From NCBI GenBank assembly GCA_963805085.1, contig CAWDTA010000002.1, positions 1,856,001 to 1,920,000 of the forward strand: a stretch of DNA of 64,000 bases, in the 5' to 3' direction. The notes beneath the pieces were generated by a model. It did not search any database. It saw only the letters and a program-made list of their open reading frames with translations, and had not been told where the DNA came from. The stretch comes from an uncultured Veillonellaceae bacterium (GTDB taxonomy: Bacteria > Bacillota > Negativicutes > JARBTT01). Position numbers and translations under genes: made by a program. Numbering within the stretch: position 1 is the first letter of the stretch; each line of letters begins with the position of its first letter. Shown in pieces: positions 50,748-61,505 of this stretch.

Positions 50748-51701
50748 ATGATATGTATCACAGATAATACGCTGGCTTGTCTTGATGCATACGAGGCAAC
50801 GCCAAAAGAGCTGCATGAGCTATTAGAGTTATTATTAACTTTGCCGATTCGTTCGATTGAAATGTCGATCCAGGCTTATGAAAAGCTTATTTCCCTTGCA
50901 CCACTGCCTGAATTTGAAAATTATTTGTTGAAAATAAATAATTTATGTGAATTGAAAAAATACCAAGGGTTTGCTGGTTATCTGTTTCCGGCGTCTAGTT
51001 TTGGCAATGTTGGCAATGCTACCTATGAAATTAATTTTAAAAATGATCAAGATATCGGTTATAATGAAGAATGTATCCAAGGTTTGCGGATGATTGGTTT
51101 TGCTGATCGTATCTGCACAGACGTTGCCAGTGAATTTAAACATATTTTATCGACAAAAATGAAATTTGAAATTTGTCCGCAAAATGATTTTTTCTGTGCT
51201 ACTGCCTTAGCGGTGGAATGGTGTCGGTTAGGGGGGGAAAAGCTGGTAGCTAGTTTTACTGGTATCGGTAATCAGGCGAGTTTAGAGGAAGTGCTGCTAG
51301 CTTTACACCTCGAAAAACAACAGGAACTTACAGAGAATATCAGTTGTTTTGAACGGATGAAACAAGTATTTGAGCAGATTACTGGTAAAAAAATAGCAAA
51401 AAACAAAGCCATTATTGGCGAGGAAATTTTTTGCGTGGAAGCTGGTATTCATGTCGATGGCATTGTGAAAAACCCTAAAATTTATGAGCCTTATCCACCA
51501 GAACTCGTAGGTAGTAAACGGCGCGTGATCATGGGGAAACATTCTGGCAAGAGTGCTATTTTAGCTAAATTAAGTGAATTGAAAATTGCCAAAGCGAGTG
51601 TGGATGTAGAAAAATTATTGCTAGCTGTAAAGCAAAAAAGTGTAGAAAAACAACAGAGCTTAACTGATGAGGAATTTATTGAGCTGATCAAGGTGGTGTA
51701 G
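50748..51701 (+). CDS. nifV: Homocitrate synthase omega-like subunit (split NifV)
   Basis: C-terminal NKAIIG..IF.VEAGIHVDG..KNP..YEPY.PE.VG..R....GKHSG; degenerate N-terminal barrel. Confidence 0.8.
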   Translation: MICITDNTLACLDAYEATPKELHELLELLLTLPIRSIEMSIQAYEKLISLAPLPEFENYLLKINNLCELKKYQGFAGYLFPASSFGNVGNATYEINFKNDQDIGYNEECIQGLRMIGFADRICTDVASEFKHILSTKMKFEICPQNDFFCATALAVEWCRLGGEKLVASFTGIGNQASLEEVLLALHLEKQQELTENISCFERMKQVFEQITGKKIAKNKAIIGEEIFCVEAGIHVDGIVKNPKIYEPYPPELVGSKRRVIMGKHSGKSAILAKLSELKIAKASVDVEKLLLAVKQKSVEKQQSLTDEEFIELIKVV

Positions 51702-51703
51702 CA

Positions 51704-52504
51704 ATGAAAGAGCCGCGACATATTGTTGATACTACCTTGCGAGATGGCGAGCAAAGTCCTGGACTCGCTTTTCGTAAGCGGGATAAGTTAACCATTGCAA
51801 AGTTACTAGATGACGCCAACGTTTATCAAATTGAGGCTGGAATTCCGGCAATGGGCAATTTAGAAAAGGAAGCAATCCTAGCAATAAAAGATAGCTGTAA
51901 ACATTCGCTCATATCCACCTGGAATCGTATTAATAAAGCCGATATTCAGCATTCGTTTGATTGTCAGCCAGATCTGATTCATATTAGCGTTCCCGTATCA
52001 ACGGCGCAGATCTATGAAAAACTGCGCAAAGATAAAACTTGGCTCAAAGAAAATATGGTTGCTTGCGTCGAATTTGCCAGAGAAAAAGGCTATCCAGTAA
52101 CCGTTGGCTTTGAAGATGCCTCAAGGGCGGAGCTAGAATTTATGTTAGAGTTGGCCAAAATCCTGAAACGTTATGAAGTTCGTTATATTCGCTTTGCTGA
52201 TACAGTTGGGATTTTAACGCCTGCAAGTACAGAGCAAAAGATCAAAGCAATCATTGAGGATACAGGAATGGAGATTGAATTTCATGCCCATAATGATCTC
52301 GGCATGGCGGTGGCCAATTCCATTTCAGCGGCAAAAGCTGGCGCGAAATTTATTGATACAACCATTGCTGGAATTGGTGAACGTACTGGTAATTGTGATT
52401 TTATGCAATTTATTTACACGGCGAGTACCTTATATGATATTTCTACCGATTTCAGAGCTGCGCAAGCGGTGACAAAGCAAGTAGAAAAGATCGTGCGAAA
52501 ATAA
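51704..52504 (+). CDS. nifV: Homocitrate synthase alpha-like subunit (split NifV)
   Basis: DTTLRDGEQ, ADTVG, HAHNDLGMA.ANS, GIGER.GN. Confidence 0.88.
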   Translation: MKEPRHIVDTTLRDGEQSPGLAFRKRDKLTIAKLLDDANVYQIEAGIPAMGNLEKEAILAIKDSCKHSLISTWNRINKADIQHSFDCQPDLIHISVPVSTAQIYEKLRKDKTWLKENMVACVEFAREKGYPVTVGFEDASRAELEFMLELAKILKRYEVRYIRFADTVGILTPASTEQKIKAIIEDTGMEIEFHAHNDLGMAVANSISAAKAGAKFIDTTIAGIGERTGNCDFMQFIYTASTLYDISTDFRAAQAVTKQVEKIVRK

Positions 52505-52520
52505 GAAGGAGTGAATCTTG

Positions 52521-53336
52521 ATGAAAAAACAAAAGTTTATGATGGTATTATGTGCTTTATTCTTATTATTCACAGTATTGTTAGCTGGGTGTGGCAATGA
52601 TGCTGAGAAAAAAGAAGCGGCGGCTCCGGCACCAGCCAAAGAAAAGGTAGAAATCTTCGTCTCTGCAGCTGCTAGTCTAACGGACGTAATGAAAGAAATC
52701 GCCCAAATGTATAACAAAGAAAATCCCAATGTGAAATTAACCTTTAGCTTTGGTGCTAGTGGAGCCTTGCAAACGGCAATTGAGCAAGGCGCACCGTCAG
52801 ATATTTTTCTTTCCGCCGCGCAAAAGCAAATGGATGCGTTAGATAAAGGCGGATTACTTGCTGATGGCACGAAGAAAAACTTGCTGATTAATAAAGTGGT
52901 ATTGATTACCCCAAAAGACAGTAAAGCTGGCATTGTAGATTTTAAAGATATCAACACCGATAAAGTAAAACGGATCGCACTTGGTGAACCAAAAGGTGTA
53001 CCGGTTGGACAGTATTCGGAAGAAATCTTTAAATCATTAAACATTCTAGATGAAGCAAAAGCAAAAGCTGCGTACGGTTCTGATGTGCGCCAAGTGCTAA
53101 CTTGGGTAGAATCTGGCGAAGTGGATTGTGGAATTGTTTATGCAACTGATGCTGCAACTTCCCAAAAAATTACGGTAGTTGCTGAAGCGCCAGAAGGCAG
53201 TCATAAACCAGTGATTTATCCAGAAGCAGTTTTGAAATCTAGTAAAAATATGGAACAGGCAAAAGCATTTTTAGATTATTTATCGAGACCAGAAGTGGGC
53301 AAAGTATTTGAAAAATATGGATTTAAATTGAACTAA
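52521..53336 (+). CDS. modA: Molybdate ABC transporter substrate-binding lipoprotein
   Basis: Lipobox LAGC, AAASL, FGASG.L..QIEQGAP.D.F.SA-like segment, VPVG.Y, GIVYATDA. Confidence 0.95.
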   Translation: MKKQKFMMVLCALFLLFTVLLAGCGNDAEKKEAAAPAPAKEKVEIFVSAAASLTDVMKEIAQMYNKENPNVKLTFSFGASGALQTAIEQGAPSDIFLSAAQKQMDALDKGGLLADGTKKNLLINKVVLITPKDSKAGIVDFKDINTDKVKRIALGEPKGVPVGQYSEEIFKSLNILDEAKAKAAYGSDVRQVLTWVESGEVDCGIVYATDAATSQKITVVAEAPEGSHKPVIYPEAVLKSSKNMEQAKAFLDYLSRPEVGKVFEKYGFKLN

Positions 53337-54016
53337 TGGATTTATCACCGTTTATTATATCCTTAAAAACGGCATTCCTCGCGACCTTGATTACTTTTTT
53401 TCTCGGCATTTATGCTGCCCACTGCGTCGTGAAGATGAAACGATTTCAAGGCGTGATGGATACGATTTTTACGCTACCGATGGTTTTACCACCAACAGTA
53501 GTAGGATTTTTTCTACTGTTGCTTTTTGGTAGAAACAGTTTCATTGGAAAAATTCTGCTTAGCTTTGATCTTACCTTTGTGTTTTCGTGGGAAGCAACGG
53601 TCGTATCGGCGGTCGTTGTTTCATTACCACTGATGTATCGGACGACTAGAGGAGCATTCGAACAAATTGATAAGAATATTATTTATGCGGCAAGAACGCT
53701 TGGTATATCGGAGACAAAAATATTTTGGCATGTGATATTGCCGAATGCTTGGTATGGTATAATAGGCGGTGTAATCCTATCTTTTACTAGAGCATTGGGC
53801 GAATTTGGGGCAACGATTATGGTCGCTGGAAATATTCCAGGGCGGACCCAAACGATGTCTACCGCCATTTATTCTGCAGTACAAGCAGGCGACAATGAAA
53901 CCGCTTTTCAATGGGTGATCGTGGTCGTATTGATCTCTTTTGCCGTGATTATGCTTATGAATTATTGGACAAGTAACCATTTGAAACGAATGAGAAAACT
54001 GTCAAAGAAAAAGTGA
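53336..54016 (+). CDS. modB: Molybdate ABC transporter permease
   Basis: LPMVLPPTVVGF, RALGEFGAT..VAGNIPG.TQTM. Confidence 0.95.
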   Translation: MDLSPFIISLKTAFLATLITFFLGIYAAHCVVKMKRFQGVMDTIFTLPMVLPPTVVGFFLLLLFGRNSFIGKILLSFDLTFVFSWEATVVSAVVVSLPLMYRTTRGAFEQIDKNIIYAARTLGISETKIFWHVILPNAWYGIIGGVILSFTRALGEFGATIMVAGNIPGRTQTMSTAIYSAVQAGDNETAFQWVIVVVLISFAVIMLMNYWTSNHLKRMRKLSKKK

Positions 54017-54026
54017 GGTGCTGACA

Positions 54027-55067
54027 GTGGCGTTGTCTGTTGATATCAAAAAGAACTTAGGCGATTTTGATTTAAATATAAAATTTCGAGCAGATCAAGA
54101 AGTGCTTGCTTTGCTAGGTGCTTCCGGATGTGGGAAAAGCATGACCTTAAAATGTATCGCGGGGATTGAAACGCCAGATTGTGGGGTCATCAAACTTGAT
54201 GATCATGTTTTATTCGACAGTGAGCGCAAGATTAATTTACCACCGCAAAAGCGGAAGGTGGGTTATCTTTTTCAAAACTATGCTTTGTTTCCCAATATGA
54301 CCGTAGTGGAAAATATCGCTTTTGTCGTTCAGGGAACAAAACAAGAAAAGCGTAAAGTTGTAACAGAAAAAGTAAAAATGTTTTGTCTAGAAGGGTTAGA
54401 ACATCTTTATCCCTTGCAATTATCGGGCGGGCAGCAACAGCGGGTTGCTTTCGCTCGTATCTTGGCGTCAGAGACAAAACTGCTGATGTTAGACGAACCA
54501 TTTTCAGCCTTGGATAGTTATTTGAAGTGGCAAGTAGAGCAAGAATTAACGAGTTTATTAGAAAAATATAATCGCGCTACTTTATTTGTTTCGCATAATC
54601 GTGATGAAGTATACCGGATTTGCGATCGCATTGCGGTGATGTCCAACGGCAATATCGATACGGTTCGGACAAAATATGATTTGTTTGAATCACCAGAAAC
54701 TTTGGCGGGAACAATACTTACTGGCTGTAAAAATATTTCGACGGCAAAAAAAATCAATGATCATGTCGTATTTGCGGAAGAATGGGGACTCCAGTTACAA
54801 GTTGATCGCCCAGTGCCTGACAATGTACAATATGTTGGCTTTCGGGCTCACTTCTTTTCGTTTGTTAAGCATGAAAAAAATGCATTTGAAGTTGAGATTG
54901 TCAAAGTAGTGGAGGATACATTTTCTTTTATCGTCATGATTCGACCGAAAGGTTTGGATGTTACACCGCTTCGTTGGGAGCTAGAAAAAGCACAATGGCA
55001 GAGTCTTGATAAAACGAAACTTTTTTTAAGTATCCCTGAAGATAAAATTATATTAATGAAGAAATGA
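54027..55067 (+). CDS. modC: Molybdate ABC transporter ATPase
   Basis: [35 protein letters not shown]. Confidence 0.9.
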   Translation: MALSVDIKKNLGDFDLNIKFRADQEVLALLGASGCGKSMTLKCIAGIETPDCGVIKLDDHVLFDSERKINLPPQKRKVGYLFQNYALFPNMTVVENIAFVVQGTKQEKRKVVTEKVKMFCLEGLEHLYPLQLSGGQQQRVAFARILASETKLLMLDEPFSALDSYLKWQVEQELTSLLEKYNRATLFVSHNRDEVYRICDRIAVMSNGNIDTVRTKYDLFESPETLAGTILTGCKNISTAKKINDHVVFAEEWGLQLQVDRPVPDNVQYVGFRAHFFSFVKHEKNAFEVEIVKVVEDTFSFIVMIRPKGLDVTPLRWELEKAQWQSLDKTKLFLSIPEDKIILMKK

Positions 55068-55078
55068 GGGGTAAACAA

Positions 55079-55288
55079 ATGAAAATTAGTGCAAGAAATC
55101 AATTAAAAGGTACTGTGGTATCTATTCAAGAAGGTGCAGTCAATGCAATCGTTGGCATAAAAATTGCTAGCGGTGATATTGTAACTGCAACAGTATCGAT
55201 GTCTTCTGTAAAAGAATTGGGCTTAGAAGTTGGTAAAGAAGCGTATGCCATCATCAAAGCAACATCAGTGATGGTTGGGGTAGAATAG
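55079..55288 (+). CDS. Molybdate-binding Mop/TOBE protein
   Basis: MKISARNQLKG.V, LGL.VG....AIIKA.SVM. Confidence 0.93.
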   Translation: MKISARNQLKGTVVSIQEGAVNAIVGIKIASGDIVTATVSMSSVKELGLEVGKEAYAIIKATSVMVGVE

Positions 55289-55353
55289 CATAAGTAAATA
55301 GAAAAGGCATGCAGGCATAAGAGTTGGAAAACTGTGAATAAAAGATATGCTAT

Positions 55354-55400
55354 GATCGCTGAGTCAATCAATAATGAAGGGCTTGGCGATCTTTATTTTC
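55354..55400 (+). terminator. Terminator ending the nif-mod operon
   Basis: gatcgctgagtc / ggcttggcgatc followed by T-rich tail. Confidence 0.6.
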
Positions 55401-55527
55401 GTTGTGCTGTGTTTTCAACTGGCACAGATTTTTGCATCTCAATGCGCAAGAGCTCTTGAAAAAAACTATTACTGAAATTTTCTGTACAAACTGATATGAT
55501 TAAATCAAACAAGACGTACGGAGGTGA

Positions 55528-57600
55528 TTGTATTTGGAACTAAAAACCAGACTTGTATATATCATGAATCGTCTGAATAATGTGAAAAATGGCGAGCATA
55601 TCAAAATTTTCCTTGCTGAGTTAGATATAACCCAGCGAACTTTTTATTATGATATGGAGCAGATCAATGACTGGCTTGCTACGAATGGCCTTGGCAAAAT
55701 GCTCATCTCTAACCAACAAGTCTACTTGGAAATAAATAACCAGTCTGCATTCCAAAATATGCTTTCTAAAACGCAAAGCTATTACTTTTCTGTTTCCGAC
55801 CGCAGAGCCATGGAAATAATTTATATAGCTTTATATCATGACGTCGTCACCATTGATAAACTCAGAGCTTTTTTCTATGTAAGCAAGAATACGATCTTGT
55901 CTGATATCAAAGCATGGAAATCGCTGTTAAAAGATTGGAACATTACGATTTCTAGCACAGTTAAAACGGGATATGTTTTCAAAGGGTCGGAAACCGCTAT
56001 TAGAAAACTGATCAGTAAGCAATTGACATTGCTCCTATCTAATCTATGTGTGAGAGCAATATTATCTGAGACTTTAGTGTCGTTCACCCATAATGACATA
56101 GACTTTTTTGAGATAAGCCGCTGTCTTATCAAGCAATATGCAAAAGACATAAAAGGAGATTTATTTTTAAACGATATCGATATGGAATGCATGCTTATCT
56201 TAGTTTCATGGATAAGAAGCATGAAAGGTTATACGTTTGAAATAAACCCTGACGAAAAAGCCACCCTCTTCAATACAGCTTCTTATCGTTCACTAAAATT
56301 AAGCCTCAAAAAATTGGTTCTGCATAACATGCATATACCAACCTCAGAGATATATTATCTGATCCCTTTATTTCTAGGAATACGAACGACTGATTTTGTC
56401 TCAGAAGAGCAGGAAGATACTTATATCATGGATTTCACCAAAGAGTTAGTACACAATTTTGAATGTGTTGCCTGCATTTCGTTCCTAAACAAGGAGCGTC
56501 TATATCATCAACTATCTTTTCATATTAGACCGCTGTACTACCGCCTGAAATATGGCATCATATCTCCGAATCCTTTAGTAAGCAATATCCAGAAAACATA
56601 CTCCTATATATATGAGTTTACCGCACGAGCTTTAGCAAAAACCAACAATGATCTATCCAGCATGATAACTACAGATGAAATAGCTTACTTATGCGTATAC
56701 TTTGCCAGTCATTTAAATTATAAAAAAATCGTTAGTACCAGTCAGAAACGGAAAGGTAAGATATTAATCGTAGTCGGAACGAACATGGCGCAAGCCATGC
56801 TGATTCAGGAGCAATTGACGAGTTTATTCAATGACCGTTTCGATTACGAAAAAATTTCTATCGGCCGGCTAAAAAACTGGATGCTCAACGATTATGTATT
56901 AGTCGTAACTACAATAGCATTCAAAAATCTTTCGACGTATAGTAACGTTATTTGTGTCGATCCTTTTATCAATGACAGCAGTAAAAGAAAAATCATTGAT
57001 GTTATTGAATCTAAAGGTTGTGTTCCACGGTATGATGAACGTATCCGCAAAGTCATAGATGTAACAAAAAATCATTGTACTGGTGAAATCGAAGAGGATG
57101 AGCTGTATTTTGAATTATTTCGACTATTTTATAATGAAGAAAAGCATAGTCCTTTCATGTCCTATACCGAAAACATTCGTGAAAAGCTGGAAAAAGGGAA
57201 AGTTCTGACCGTCTCTTTGGCAAGCAATTGGAAAGATATCTTAGAAACAGCTTGTAAACAAATCGGAGGTCGACATTATACTAAACGCACCTTCGAAAGA
57301 TTGTTAAATTTATTGCAGCGCCGTAAAGGGAAAGTTTATCAAATAAGCTCGGAGGTATTGTGTATTTGCTGCCCTATGCAGGGTGAAAGTCATAGAAAGA
57401 TAGACATTTCAGTCGTGGTCTCCCAAAACGATATAGAATTTCTCGATGGGAATAAAGGAAAAATACTATTATTTATCGCTACCATAGATAATTATTCACA
57501 TTGGTCATTGCTCATGGATACATATCAATACTTAGAAAACGAAGAGCATATTGCCGGCATGATCGAAACCTTTAGCATATGTCATGAGGAAATATTATAG
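55528..57600 (+). CDS. PRD-containing (MtlR/LicR-like) transcriptional regulator
   Basis: N-terminal HTHs (ITQRTFYYD, VSKNTILSD), PRD motifs (L..HIRP..YRL, DEIAYL..YFASH), EIIB- and EIIA-like C-terminus. Confidence 0.85.
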   Translation: MYLELKTRLVYIMNRLNNVKNGEHIKIFLAELDITQRTFYYDMEQINDWLATNGLGKMLISNQQVYLEINNQSAFQNMLSKTQSYYFSVSDRRAMEIIYIALYHDVVTIDKLRAFFYVSKNTILSDIKAWKSLLKDWNITISSTVKTGYVFKGSETAIRKLISKQLTLLLSNLCVRAILSETLVSFTHNDIDFFEISRCLIKQYAKDIKGDLFLNDIDMECMLILVSWIRSMKGYTFEINPDEKATLFNTASYRSLKLSLKKLVLHNMHIPTSEIYYLIPLFLGIRTTDFVSEEQEDTYIMDFTKELVHNFECVACISFLNKERLYHQLSFHIRPLYYRLKYGIISPNPLVSNIQKTYSYIYEFTARALAKTNNDLSSMITTDEIAYLCVYFASHLNYKKIVSTSQKRKGKILIVVGTNMAQAMLIQEQLTSLFNDRFDYEKISIGRLKNWMLNDYVLVVTTIAFKNLSTYSNVICVDPFINDSSKRKIIDVIESKGCVPRYDERIRKVIDVTKNHCTGEIEEDELYFELFRLFYNEEKHSPFMSYTENIREKLEKGKVLTVSLASNWKDILETACKQIGGRHYTKRTFERLLNLLQRRKGKVYQISSEVLCICCPMQGESHRKIDISVVVSQNDIEFLDGNKGKILLFIATIDNYSHWSLLMDTYQYLENEEHIAGMIETFSICHEEIL

Positions 57601-57610
57601 GAGGGATAGC

Positions 57611-58012
57611 ATGGATAAAATGAAGCATTGTATATATTGCGGGAAAGTTACCTTGAGAATACGCCCTTTCATACTGAATCCACACGCTGACGATGAACTA
57701 CATTGTTGTTCAGCCGAATGCCTGACTAGGGCTAAAAAGTTTTTAGAATGGGATATGAAGAATAGAACTCGCGCATTCTTACTGCTTGCTATTTGCGTAA
57801 TAGCGAATTTATTGTCATTCGGTTTTTACTGGACTGGCGTAGAACAATTTTTACCAATGCTGTTCATGGGGGGCATCGTTATTATTTATCCTCTGGTTTT
57901 TATGAGGTATTCCTCCTATCAACCGCTGGGCATTCACAAAGTAACTAAAATCGTGAGAACCTTCGGGTTCCTATTCATGGCATTGAGTTTATTTTATATG
58001 GTTTTTCCTTGA
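57611..58012 (+). CDS. Small membrane protein with N-terminal Cys motif
   Basis: CIYCG...CCSAEC followed by three hydrophobic segments; GGAGG RBS. Confidence 0.7.
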   Translation: MDKMKHCIYCGKVTLRIRPFILNPHADDELHCCSAECLTRAKKFLEWDMKNRTRAFLLLAICVIANLLSFGFYWTGVEQFLPMLFMGGIVIIYPLVFMRYSSYQPLGIHKVTKIVRTFGFLFMALSLFYMVFP

Positions 58013-58147
58013 CTGCATTTATAAGTGATTAAGCACAAATTTTAGTAGAAATCTGATTATTCTGAATTGCAAAACATTGCTCTTTTTTATTCCAGCCCAT
58101 ATTGATAAACTAAACATGTAGGAAAAAGGCAAAGGAGGGAAGAAAAA

Positions 58148-58606
58148 TTGGAATTGCTAAATAAAGATCTGATCAAAATCGACGCTGCTGTGAATTCAGC
58201 TGAAGAATGTATCAGATTAGCCGGAGATCTCTTTCTCAGATACGGCTATGTAAAGGAAGGATACAGCGAAGCAGTGATTGAGCGTGAAAAAACCTATCCG
58301 ACAGGGTTGCCCGGCAAAGACATCTGTATCGCGATCCCCCATACGAACAACAAGCTGGTCAATCAGCCTGCGATTGGGGTAATCATACCGCAAGAGCCGG
58401 TCGAATTCTGCATGATGGGCAACAAAGACCAAATATTGTCATGCGAAGTGATCATCCCATTGGTGGTAAAAGATTCAGAAATGCAATTATCAACGCTGAA
58501 AAAGATGTCTCGCATAATCCAAGATGGAGAGCTTTTAAAAAAAATTAAAAATGCACGTTCCCCGGAAGAAGTATTGTGTTATCTGAAAATATTAGATGAA
58601 GATTGA
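58148..58606 (+). CDS. PTS EIIA component (Gat/Fru family)
   Basis: EREK.YPTGL, IAIPH phospho-His motif. Confidence 0.92.
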   Translation: MELLNKDLIKIDAAVNSAEECIRLAGDLFLRYGYVKEGYSEAVIEREKTYPTGLPGKDICIAIPHTNNKLVNQPAIGVIIPQEPVEFCMMGNKDQILSCEVIIPLVVKDSEMQLSTLKKMSRIIQDGELLKKIKNARSPEEVLCYLKILDED

Positions 58607-58640
58607 TTTTAAGTAAGGATCTTGAAAGGAGTTGTTTATC

Positions 58641-58940
58641 ATGAGACCTGTAAAGATTTTATCTGTTTGTGGTTCCGGTACGGTTAGCTCCGCAATGTTA
58701 TCATTAAAATTATCGGATATTTTAGAGGAAAACGGATATAGTGTTGAATCAACGGAAGTCAGTCCAGGTGGCGTTCCAGGTGCAATGAGCTCAGGCAAAT
58801 ATGACCTCATCGCATATACCAGTCCTGTAGAAGGTGATTTCGGCGTACCCAAGCTCAATGCCACAGGTTTCCTTGTCGGTATCAACGAAGATGAATTTGT
58901 TGAAGAATTGCTTGGCGTAGTAGGAAAATTAAAATTATGA
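58641..58940 (+). CDS. PTS EIIB component (Gat family)
   Basis: ILSVCGSGTVSS phospho-Cys loop. Confidence 0.9.
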   Translation: MRPVKILSVCGSGTVSSAMLSLKLSDILEENGYSVESTEVSPGGVPGAMSSGKYDLIAYTSPVEGDFGVPKLNATGFLVGINEDEFVEELLGVVGKLKL

Positions 58941-58977
58941 TCAATGGCCAATATCATTTTAAAGGAGGCGTATCATT

Positions 58978-60399
58978 ATGTGGGAAGGATTAAAATTATT
59001 TTTTGATACCTTTGGCAGCTATATCATGGTGCCAATCATTTTGTTCGTTATCGCATTGGTATTCAAGGCACCTGTAAAAAAGGCTTTTATGTCTGCCGTA
59101 TTGGCCGGTGTAGGTTTAAAAGGTATGGAATTTATCACCAAAGCTTTCGGGGCAGTTTTATCTCCCTTGGTACAAAGATTGGTTGATATAACAGGGATCA
59201 ACCTGCCTGTTATCGACATTGGCTGGCAAGCCGTGGCTTCTGTAGCATATTCTACAGATATAGGTTTGATGTATATCGGCGTAGGTTTAATATTTCAAGT
59301 TTTCCTCTATTTAATAAAATGGACTGATATTTTTATGCCATCTGATTTGTGGAACAACTATTCCATATTTGTCTGGGGTTCTTTATTCCTGCAAATAACG
59401 GGTAATTTACCTATAGCGTTTGGCTTGATGCTCTTTATCAACTTAGTAGTTTTATTGATAGCCGAGGTGGTACAAAAAAGATGGTCTTCCTATTATGGAT
59501 ATCCCGGCTGTGCAATGACTGCGCCGCATCATATGGGCGATGCGCCGATGTATCTGGTTCTGGATTTCGTTTTGGGGCGATTGGGGTTCGATAAAATAAA
59601 TGTACGTCCTGAATCTATCAAGCAAAAATTCGGCTTTTTAGGTGAACCTATGTATGTCGGTATCATCGTTGGGCTGATCTTAGGTATTATCGGCAATATC
59701 AATATTTTAGGAACGATGAAAGCGTGGGGGCAAATAGCGAATGTTGCTATCACCTGTTCAGCTGTTATGGCCATCTTCCCCAAAGTTGCAGGCTTGTTCG
59801 CATCTGCATTCACCACCATCACTGACTATTCAAGAAAAACGCTCAAAAATAGCAAGTATGGCAAAGATAGAGAGTTCATCATCGCTGTGAATGATGCTCT
59901 GGGATATGGTGAGATAGCTACATTGACTACCGGCCTTTTGGTTATCCCGTTCGCCGTGCTGCTAGCATTTGTTGTCCCTGGAAATCTCGTCATTCCCTTA
60001 ATGGTACTTCCATCGCTGCCATATATGGTCGAAGTTCCTGTATGTCTTAGTAATGGTAACATAGCAAAATCAGCAGTTGCAGCGTGTATCGTATTTGCCT
60101 GCAAGCTTCTTATGGCTTCCTCGTGGGCTGCGGTTTTCACAAAAATCGCAACGCAAGTTGGATTTGAAGTTACGACTGGAAGTGTATTGATCATAGGTTT
60201 TATCATGTCAAACTGTACTGCTGGCCTGATTACATATGCCTTTATGACCTTTAATCCAGTCGTTATAGTGGCCGTTGTTATCATATATCTGGTGGCGTTC
60301 CTATTGTTCAAAAAGAACAAGCATGCTGTATGGGACTATTTAGAAAGTAATGCGTTTCGTTATCAAAAACTGAATGGTGAAGCAGCAAATAATACTTGA
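58978..60399 (+). CDS. PTS EIIC component (GatC family)
   Basis: LPVIDIGW, DLWN, GEPMYVG, FPKVA.LF; many TM helices. Confidence 0.9.
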   Translation: MWEGLKLFFDTFGSYIMVPIILFVIALVFKAPVKKAFMSAVLAGVGLKGMEFITKAFGAVLSPLVQRLVDITGINLPVIDIGWQAVASVAYSTDIGLMYIGVGLIFQVFLYLIKWTDIFMPSDLWNNYSIFVWGSLFLQITGNLPIAFGLMLFINLVVLLIAEVVQKRWSSYYGYPGCAMTAPHHMGDAPMYLVLDFVLGRLGFDKINVRPESIKQKFGFLGEPMYVGIIVGLILGIIGNINILGTMKAWGQIANVAITCSAVMAIFPKVAGLFASAFTTITDYSRKTLKNSKYGKDREFIIAVNDALGYGEIATLTTGLLVIPFAVLLAFVVPGNLVIPLMVLPSLPYMVEVPVCLSNGNIAKSAVAACIVFACKLLMASSWAAVFTKIATQVGFEVTTGSVLIIGFIMSNCTAGLITYAFMTFNPVVIVAVVIIYLVAFLLFKKNKHAVWDYLESNAFRYQKLNGEAANNT

Positions 60400-60430
60400 T
60401 CATTTACGTGATCATTCATAGGAGGATAAG

Positions 60431-61489
60431 ATGATGAAAATAGTAGTAGTTGGTGATCTTATTGTCAGTTGCGAGCTGCTGGCAGAAGCTGCTAAAGAGC
60501 TCAAGCCAAACGAAAATATCACAATAAAAACGATCTATTGGCCGGCAAAAGACCGAAAAGATTTTCAAAAAAAAGCTCTTCATTTAGAAACTGATGGTCC
60601 AGAGGCAGAGCAAGCACCACCAGAACTTTACGAAGAAATCGTGGATGCGGAAATTCTCTTAGTCCATTTTTGCCCTGTATCTGCTGACTTGATAGGAAAA
60701 GGCAAAAAGCTTAAACTCATCGGGACTTGCCGCGGCGGGATGGAGCATGTTGATGTATCTGCTGCAACGAAAGCGGGCATCCCCGTTATTCACGTCATAA
60801 GAAATGCCGAGGCAACATCCGATTTTGCCATTGGTCTTATGTTCGCTGAAACGCGTAACATCGCTCGTGCACATGCTGCGTTAAAAAATGGTGTTTGGCG
60901 CAAAGAATATGTAAATTCTAAGTACACAACAACATTTAGACAAATGACATTAGGGGTTGTAGGGCTCGGTCATATCGGCAAATTAGTAGCGGAAAAAGCA
61001 CTTGGCATAGGCATGAAGGTAATTGCCTTCGATCCTTATATTTCGCAGGAAATGATAAACGATAAAGGCTTGCATGTAAAAATGACAGATAAGGAAACGT
61101 TATTCAAAACAGCTGATATCATTACGTTGCACCTTCGTCTTACACCAGAGACTGAAAACAGTATCAATAAAACAGTGATTGATCTAATGAAACCGACTGC
61201 GTATCTGATAAATACTTCACGTGCAAGAGTAGTAAGCAAAGAAGATCTAATCGATGCGCTGCAAAATAAACGTATAGGCGGCGCTGCTTTGGATGTATTC
61301 TGGGAAGAGCCGATACCAGAAAATGATCCTCTGCTAAAGTTAGATAATGTTACGATTACGCCTCATAATGCTGGCAATGTAGTGGATGCTTTGCCTCGCT
61401 CACCAATGCTTCTCATCGATACAATCAGACATTTTTGGGAGACCGGAAAAAGTGATATGGTAGTTAACCTAAAAAATTTGAAACAATAA
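60431..61489 (+). CDS. D-isomer-specific 2-hydroxyacid dehydrogenase family (SerA-like)
   Basis: GVVGLGHIG, INTSRA, AALDVF..EP, TPHNAG. Confidence 0.9.
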   Translation: MMKIVVVGDLIVSCELLAEAAKELKPNENITIKTIYWPAKDRKDFQKKALHLETDGPEAEQAPPELYEEIVDAEILLVHFCPVSADLIGKGKKLKLIGTCRGGMEHVDVSAATKAGIPVIHVIRNAEATSDFAIGLMFAETRNIARAHAALKNGVWRKEYVNSKYTTTFRQMTLGVVGLGHIGKLVAEKALGIGMKVIAFDPYISQEMINDKGLHVKMTDKETLFKTADIITLHLRLTPETENSINKTVIDLMKPTAYLINTSRARVVSKEDLIDALQNKRIGGAALDVFWEEPIPENDPLLKLDNVTITPHNAGNVVDALPRSPMLLIDTIRHFWETGKSDMVVNLKNLKQ

Positions 61490-61505
61490 GGATGGTAATA
61501 GAATA

